A DNA stretch of 64,000 nt from the IMG/VR virus record IMGVR_UViG_3300028833_000003; one strand, given 5' to 3'. The notes under the pieces are model-generated. The model saw nothing but the letters and a program-made list of their open reading frames with translations, searched no databases and was not told the origin of the DNA. Numbering within the stretch: position 1 is the stretch's first letter; the number at the start of each line of letters is the position of its first letter. Positions 59,853 to 64,000 of this stretch are shown here, piece by piece. This DNA comes from a virus. The position numbers and the translations under genes are program-made.

Positions 59853-60082
59853 TTATTCAAAGCGAAAAAGAATTTTTAGATTGGCTAAGTGGTGCTTCCA
59901 CAGATGAATAGGATAAAGCAGTTTGTTAGTATTATCAAGATGAAACACTTGTTTCTCTTGCTGATGCTATGTGGGATTTAAATCCTAATGATTTTTGGTG
60001 GTATTTAGATAATGGCGATATAAGAGTATTCACAGTTGAACCTACTAAGGAGGAATTAGATTCGCCATGGCTGAGCCAATAA
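59849..60082 (+). CDS. hypothetical protein (77 aa), two TAG sense codons
   Basis: ATG 59849 overlaps the previous TGA (ATGA); in-frame TAG at 59909 and 59927; TAA 60080; absent from the ORF track. Confidence 0.55.
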
Positions 60083-60606
60083 GAGGAGAAATAAAAATTA
60101 CTGTATCTGAGCCAGCAAGAAAACCATCTCCATTAGAAGCAGGTGAGCCACAACCAGTATGGTTAGGCACAGAAGAAGATAAATTAGCTCCGCTTGATGA
60201 AGATAAATATTATAATACTTCTACAGTGTTAATGCCAGATGGTTCGTATAGACATGTAAGTGTTGCTTATGAGAAATATTTACATGAAGATTTGGTATGG
60301 CAGATAAAATATACTGATTATAATGGTAGAAGCAAACGTTTTAAAGAACAACAAGAGAAGAGAAATATAGAAAATAAGTATTATAAGTTTTGTTTGGGCG
60401 AAGAAGGACAAAAGAAATTTGATGATTTTATAAAAAAATACAGAAATTATGAGAACAAGAGCGGTATGTATCCTCCTGGTGCATATTACGTGTTTATTAT
60501 ACATCCGACATATTTGGGCGATGTTGTGACATGTGAAGTGCGGCAGTCGGATAAATACGGCGACGAGACTATTATTGATAGTTGCGAAGTTTATAATGAA
60601 ATATAA
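60067..60606 (+). CDS. hypothetical protein (179 aa)
   Basis: ATG 60067, AAGGAGG 13 nt upstream; uninterrupted ORF. Confidence 0.7.
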   Translation: MAEPIRGEIKITVSEPARKPSPLEAGEPQPVWLGTEEDKLAPLDEDKYYNTSTVLMPDGSYRHVSVAYEKYLHEDLVWQIKYTDYNGRSKRFKEQQEKRNIENKYYKFCLGEEGQKKFDDFIKKYRNYENKSGMYPPGAYYVFIIHPTYLGDVVTCEVRQSDKYGDETIIDSCEVYNEI

Positions 60607-60672
60607 TCCTTATAGTTGAAAATTTAAAAAAAATTTGATATAATATATATGTAAGATGAAGGGAGGAAGTAA

Positions 60673-60828
60673 ATGATGGATTTTGAAAATGCTAAGCAAC
60701 AGCTGATGGATTGGATTGGTGCGTCACCTTTCTCTTGGAAACTTGCGGTTTTAGCTGAGATAGAGCAAATTCAAACTTGGGATGAATTGCAGCGTATGGC
60801 TCGGCAGTGGGGTGTTACTTTTCAGTGA
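60673..60828 (+). CDS. small hypothetical protein (51 aa, below ORF-track cutoff)
   Basis: Class II promoter at 60616, GGGAGGAAG RBS, ATG 60673, TGA 60826. Confidence 0.55.
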   Translation: MMDFENAKQQLMDWIGASPFSWKLAVLAEIEQIQTWDELQRMARQWGVTFQ

Positions 60829-60906
60829 TACCAAAGGCGGGTAAATAAATTGGGGCCAATATTCCGCCACCCCTGAATATATTTAATGGCAAAGGAGGCA
60901 AAAAGT

Positions 60907-61113
60907 ATGGAAGCTTTGCAAAAGAATAAGATTATATTCACCTATAAGAACAACGATAATGTCTATGCGCATGATATTAATCTGGAATTTTCTATCGGAG
61001 AACCTAAGTTAAGTGAAATTCATTCGATGTGCAAGGATTTTGCACGAGTAATGGGTTTCTCGTCTGAACAGGTTGAAGAGTATTTTGGAGAGGACGTGTG
61101 GGACATTGACTAA
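60907..61113 (+). CDS. hypothetical protein (68 aa)
   Basis: ATG 60907 8 nt after AAGGAGG (ORF-track start 60886 precedes the RBS). Confidence 0.6.
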   Translation: MEALQKNKIIFTYKNNDNVYAHDINLEFSIGEPKLSEIHSMCKDFARVMGFSSEQVEEYFGEDVWDID

Positions 61114-61258
61114 ATTGTTGCGGCTGGACCTGGATATAAATCAGTTGATGCAGAAGTTGCAGGATGGCGATTGCTCTGAATCTGAGCTGAATTTTCTTAA
61201 GAACCTGTATCATGATTTGGACGAACTCTTTAAAGACCTCAAAAACTTGAAAAATTAA
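61073..61258 (+). CDS. possible small coiled-coil protein (start uncertain)
   Basis: Overlapping ORF with no clear RBS; ends in the UP region of the next promoter. Confidence 0.3.
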   Translation: MKSILERTCGTLTKLLRLDLDINQLMQKLQDGDCSESELNFLKNLYHDLDELFKDLKNLKN

Positions 61259-61289
61259 AAAATTTTTGATATAATATATATGTAAGGTT

Positions 61290-61458
61290 GAGAGAGAAAT
61301 CAATCAATCCTGGATGACAAGAGATTACCACCTACGCTGTGCATAGTGTAGGATGGAGTGTGAAGTCGCCCACGGTAATGGGGTCTGGGTAAAGAAATGG
61401 AGCGCCAGATAGTAGGAGTTGATCGCCCTATAAGACTCACTAAGTCATCTGCTTTAAT
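61290..61458 (+). ncRNA. structured non-coding leader between class II promoter (61247) and tRNA-Thr
   Basis: No ORF; nested pairings ATTACC(61334)...GGTAAT(61385) enclosing CCTAC...GTAGG; GC-richer than surroundings. Confidence 0.35.
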
Positions 61459-61531
61459 GCCGGTATAGCTCAGTAGGTAGAGCGTTTCCTTGGTAAGGAA
61501 AAGGTCCCCAGTTCAAATCTGGGTACCGGCT
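61459..61531 (+). tRNA. tRNA-Thr (anticodon GGT), CCA encoded (to 61534)
   Basis: Cloverleaf by hand: GCCGGTA/TACCGGC acceptor, GCTC/GAGC D stem, TTTCC-TTGGTAA-GGAAA, CCCAG-TTCAAAT-CTGGG. Confidence 0.9.
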
Positions 61532-61534
61532 CCA

Positions 61535-61730
61535 TTACGCGCTGCTCGCGCCGTTTAAGAGGTGGCAAGGAACCCAGTCGCCAGAGCAAAACATGGGCAA
61601 GCCCCACGAAACTGAGGCCGTAGAGCCGAGCACGTGAATCGCGATAAGTCGTGCGAAGGGAGTACTGGGATACAGGGCTGAGGTCACTCGCGAAGGTGGC
61701 GAAACCTTAACCATACGTGCGATTTTATAT
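61535..61730 (+). ncRNA. GC-rich non-coding spacer, probably structured RNA
   Basis: No ORF; several local stems (e.g. GGTGGC...GTCGCC, TCGC-GAAGGTG-GCGA); co-transcribed with tRNAs. Confidence 0.3.
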
Positions 61731-61885
61731 GGGAAGTGATTGACACATCAGGGTAGTGTCCGCTGTGATAAATCACCGACTCCGGGCAAACAGGAGCTAA
61801 TGCGTAAGGGCAATAGAGCATTTAATTGCACGCGCCGAAGTGGATCCGCACATCCACTGGGGTTCAAATCCCCCACTTTCCACCA
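61731..61885 (+). ncRNA. 155-nt tRNA-like RNA: acceptor stem with G3:U70 and A73-CCA, T-arm, but five internal hairpins instead of D and anticodon arms
   Basis: GGGAAGT pairs with ACTTTCC (G-T at the third pair), then A and CCA. GGGG-TTCAAAT-CCCC T-arm. Internal hairpins at 61742-61760, 61765-61776, 61780-61796, 61802-61833, 61840-61857. Confidence 0.45.
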
Positions 61886-61888
61886 TAT

Positions 61889-61961
61889 ACCCCTATAGCT
61901 CAACTGGCAGAGCATCTGACTCTTAATCAGAGGGTTCAGGGTTCAAGTCCCTGTGGGGGTA
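61889..61961 (+). tRNA. tRNA-Lys (anticodon CTT), CCA encoded
   Basis: ACCCCTA/TGGGGGT acceptor, TCTGA-CTCTTAA-TCAGA, CAGGG-TTCAAGT-CCCTG. Confidence 0.9.
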
Positions 61962-62044
61962 CCAGTTCGCCTTTGGCGATGTATTCATCTGAACAAAAGC
62001 GATGATTAAACTGATGTGTGGTTGGCTGACCTCAAAGCTATTAT

Positions 62045-62117
62045 GCCGTTATGGCGCAATAGGTAGCGCGAGTCTTTCGTAAAGACTAGGTTCTGAGTTC
62101 AAGTCTCAGTAACGGCC
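62045..62117 (+). tRNA. tRNA-Thr (anticodon CGT), CCA encoded
   Basis: GCCGTTA/TAACGGC acceptor, AGTCT-TTCGTAA-AGACT, CTGAG-TTCAAGT-CTCAG. Confidence 0.9.
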
Positions 62118-62124
62118 CCATTAT

Positions 62125-62197
62125 GCCGCGTTAGCTCAGTTGGGAGAGCATTTGCCTTACAAGCAAGGGGTCGGCGGTTCGAGCCCGTCACGCGGTA
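62125..62197 (+). tRNA. tRNA-Val (anticodon TAC), CCA encoded
   Basis: GCCGCGT/ACGCGGT acceptor (G1-U72), GCTC/GAGC D stem, TTTGC-CTTACAA-GCAAG, GGCGG-TTCGAGC-CCGTC. Confidence 0.85.
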
Positions 62198-62201
62198 CCA
62201 T

Positions 62202-62272
62202 AGGCGATTGATGTAACGGTAACATACCGGACTCTGACTCCGTTGTTCAAGGTTCGAATCCTTGATCGCCTG
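62202..62272 (+). tRNA. tRNA-Gln (anticodon CTG), CCA encoded
   Basis: AGGCGAT/ATCGCCT acceptor, CGGA-CTCTGAC-TCCG anticodon arm, CAAGG-TTCGAAT-CCTTG; the anticodon is CTG, not CTA. Confidence 0.85.
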
Positions 62273-62278
62273 CCATAT

Positions 62279-62352
62279 CGGAACTTAACTCAGTCGGTTA
62301 GAGTTCTGGTCTTATAAACCAGCGGTCCTGGGTTCGAGTCCCAGAGTTCCGA
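62279..62352 (+). tRNA. tRNA-Ile (anticodon TAT), CCA encoded
   Basis: CGGAACT/AGTTCCG acceptor, CTGGT-CTTATAA-ACCAG, CTGGG-TTCGAGT-CCCAG. Confidence 0.85.
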
Positions 62353-62381
62353 CCATACAAAATTCAATAGGAGATGATGTT

Positions 62382-62789
62382 GTGTATCAGAATGGTCAGC
62401 GTCTTAATAGACATGCGCGGAAGCGTCGGCACATTGATAATTTGAAGCGTCGATCTACTCCTTATGAGTTTAGTAGCTATGAAAGTTTTGTTGAGTATGA
62501 ACGTTATTGGGATGCATTCCGTGATGGTATGTTCGCGGCAATGTATGGTGATTATTATCCTCGTAGAACTCCTACTGGTCGTCCTTGGTATGAACGCTAT
62601 TGGGAGGCTTATACAGGATATGTCTCTCCTGGTTGGAAAAAGAATCTGAAAACGCAGGCGCACCGCGATGAGCGGCGTTACTGGCGTGAGCACCTTGGCG
62701 ATGTCATGAAAATGGAAGACATCGAAGATGAAGAAACTCCGCATGAGCGGCGTGGTCGTCGGCATAGTGACCCTTGGCACTGGGATTAA
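62382..62789 (+). CDS. Arg/Tyr/Trp-rich hypothetical protein (135 aa)
   Basis: GTG 62382 after AGGAG; uninterrupted ORF between the tRNA cluster and the next class II promoter. Confidence 0.6.
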   Translation: MYQNGQRLNRHARKRRHIDNLKRRSTPYEFSSYESFVEYERYWDAFRDGMFAAMYGDYYPRRTPTGRPWYERYWEAYTGYVSPGWKKNLKTQAHRDERRYWREHLGDVMKMEDIEDEETPHERRGRRHSDPWHWD

Positions 62790-62856
62790 CTTCCTTGAAA
62801 ATTTACAAAAAATATTATATAATATATATGTAAGATAAAGAAAGGGGATGCGCTCA

Positions 62857-63048
62857 ATGAAGTGGGATTGGTGTGATGAGTATAGCACTGGCGTTGATAA
62901 TTATCATGGCCAGATGGATTCTTTCGTATGTGATCTAACCGCAGAAGATATGTATGCGTATGATTATGCAATGCACGATACTTGGCAGGATGTTGAGCGT
63001 GAGTGGGCTGAGGAACTTGGCGTTGAGTTGGAAGTTTATGAAGATTAA
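62857..63048 (+). CDS. acidic hypothetical protein (63 aa)
   Basis: Class II promoter at 62795; ATG 62857 after AAAGGGGA. Confidence 0.6.
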   Translation: MKWDWCDEYSTGVDNYHGQMDSFVCDLTAEDMYAYDYAMHDTWQDVEREWAEELGVELEVYED

Positions 63049-63300
63049 ATCCCTGACCGCGAACTTGAAAAATTAAAAAAAATTTGATATAATATATAAG
63101 TAAGGTTAAGAAAAAAAGTAAAAGAAAAAAATGCTGGAAAACCTCACAACCTTGACAAAATAAAAAAAATATGATATAATAATTAAGGAGAAGGAAAACT
63201 CCATAAACCCCACAAACTACGACAATGTGGTTAAAAAGTCGAAACTGGGTCCCGCGGCCAGGATAAAGACACGTGGGGTAGATTGGTGAGAACGTAGTGT

Positions 63301-63317
63301 AGGGGTTCGAATCCCCT
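63301..63317 (+). other. orphan tRNA-type T-arm without a recognisable cloverleaf
   Basis: AGGGG-TTCGAAT-CCCCT; I could not pair a 7-bp acceptor stem or find D/anticodon arms in the flanking 90 nt; no CCA. Confidence 0.4.
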
Positions 63318-63413
63318 TGCGGTGGCTCGAAGTAACAAGTTGGTCACTTGTGCTCGCCGCACGGATATAGGCGATACCGCGTTTGGCAAGATCACCGCTT
63401 GCATCACTTTTAT

Positions 63414-63486
63414 GACCTGTTCGTCTAGTGGTTTAGGACGCGGCCCTCTCAAGGCTGGGACATAGGTTCGAATCCTGTACAGGCCA
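63414..63486 (+). tRNA. tRNA-Glu (anticodon CTC), CCA encoded
   Basis: GACCTGT/ACAGGCC acceptor (A2-C71 mismatch), Glu-type D arm TCGTCTAGTGGTTTAGGAC, CGGCC-CTCTCAA-GGCTG, ATAGG-TTCGAAT-CCTGT. Confidence 0.8.
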
Positions 63487-63496
63487 CCACGTATAA

Positions 63497-63568
63497 TGCG
63501 GCGAGGGCAAACGGTAAGCCACCTGGCTCATAACCAGAAGATAGTGGGTTCAACTCCCACCGCCGCTA
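63497..63568 (+). tRNA. tRNA with CAT anticodon (elongator Met or Ile2), CCA encoded
   Basis: TGCGGCG/CGCCGCT acceptor (U1-U72 mismatch), CTGG-CTCATAA-CCAG, GTGGG-TTCAACT-CCCAC; lacks the three G-C pairs of initiators. Confidence 0.7.
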
Positions 63569-63650
63569 CCAGGACTGGCACTGTCCGAAATAAGTGCTGT
63601 GGGGAACGCCAGCGCACATCTGGTGAGGGTGAAAAGGTAGAAGGCATTGT

Positions 63651-63667
63651 CCGGGTTCGACTCCCGG
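63651..63667 (+). other. second orphan T-arm
   Basis: CCGGG-TTCGACT-CCCGG followed by CGGAGGAGGG; no acceptor partner found and no CCA. Confidence 0.4.
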
Positions 63668-63689
63668 CGGAGGAGGGTCGCGATGTCAG

Positions 63690-64000
63690 AAAACTCTGAT
63701 GCACTTAGAGTCTAGCCCCGCTCAAAGGGAGGCCACCCGAGAGCGCATACTGAGCCCATAACAGATAAGAGAGTGGGCAGTAGTCACGCTACTATAAAAA
63801 GGTGTAAGTTCCGCCTATGGAAAAGTATCGTAGGAGTCGGCAAGCAGGGCCAAACTGCTACAAGCTTGGTAGTCAGGCAAGCTATTTACACTCAGCCAGA
63901 GATCTGGTGGCGTAAAGGCATCGTCGTAATTAGTATAAATGTTGCGTAGCAACCACGCAACCCGTCCGTGGGCAGAATAGATGGGGTAAATTGAGTGTAA
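63690..64000 (+). ncRNA. GC-rich apparently non-coding region running off the right edge
   Basis: No standard-code ORF >=60 aa; local stems such as GTTGCGT-AGCAACC-ACGCAAC; continues the tRNA-cluster transcript. Confidence 0.3.

Larger units (their letters stand above)
50304..63180 (+). promoter_or_regulatory. 12 class II promoter repeats: (C)TTGAAAATTTTAAAAAAATTTGATATAATATATATGTAAG-type, AT-only 17-nt spacer
   Basis: -35 hexamers start at 50304, 50543, 53131, 55038, 55588, 55868, 59508, 60616, 61247, 62795, 63065, 63152. Each has exactly 17 nt to TATAAT/TATACT. Most share the downstream ATATATGTAAG block. Confidence 0.8.

Noticed and set aside
61535-61885. A standard about 350-nt tmRNA spanning the spacer plus the tRNA-like element
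   Set aside because: No sequence in 61535-61600 can pair with the 3' acceptor strand ACTTTCC; the only partner is GGGAAGT at 61731. No recognisable tag reading frame ending in hydrophobic residues and no pseudoknot pattern is visible by eye.
62202-62272. tRNA-Gln as the TAG suppressor
   Set aside because: The anticodon loop reads CTCTGAC, that is CUG, which pairs with CAG and not UAG. It is one substitution away from CUA but is not a suppressor as written.
50304-63180. Class II repeats as a CRISPR array
   Set aside because: Repeat spacing is irregular (0.1 to 3.6 kb). Each unit has -35/-10 hexamers and is followed by an RBS and an ORF or by tRNAs. There are no uniform short spacers.
63683-63997. 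ORF of about 104 codons (two TAG read-throughs) starting at ATG 63683
   Set aside because: No RBS. Arg/Gly/Lys-rich composition typical of translated structured RNA. Lies within the tRNA transcript. An open frame of this length lacking only TAA/TGA is plausible by chance at this GC content.
1-64000. Reassignment of TGA or TAA instead of, or in addition to, TAG
   Set aside because: Every reconstructed gene ends cleanly at TAA or TGA next to the following RBS or a terminator. I found no in-frame TGA or TAA that would need read-through.

Overview
This is an internal 64-kb segment of a tailed dsDNA phage genome, with siphovirus-type gene order and low-GC Gram-positive style sigma-A promoters and GGAGG ribosome-binding sites. 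Layout: (i) 1-31,082, minus strand: one long late/structural operon. It starts at a consensus promoter (31,108-31,136) and runs packaging genes, portal, protease/scaffold, capsid, connector/neck, major tail protein, chaperone, a single 13.66-kb tape measure gene, then the next tail gene, which runs off the left edge. (ii) 31,145-46,458, plus strand: 37 small early genes served by 36 copies of a perfect TTGACA-17-TATAAT promoter cassette. (iii) 46,460-50,300: non-coding, iteron-rich DNA plus a five-gene minus-strand cluster, a candidate replication/regulatory region. (iv) 50,300-64,000, plus strand: genes driven by a second, almost invariant AT-only promoter repeat (12 copies). This part includes cysteine-rich proteins of unknown function and two tRNA clusters (8 canonical tRNAs) embedded in GC-rich, apparently structured non-coding RNA. 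The dominant unusual feature is that TAG is a sense codon, best read as Gln, in most AT-rich genes on both strands. Under the standard code the ORF track shatters these genes, yet all fragments of a gene share one frame and TAA/TGA never interrupt. No gene I call terminates with TAG. The GC-richer abundant virion genes and the early genes avoid TAG completely. No tRNA with a CUA anticodon is visible in this window. Product names are mostly from position and short motifs read by eye; no database search was possible.
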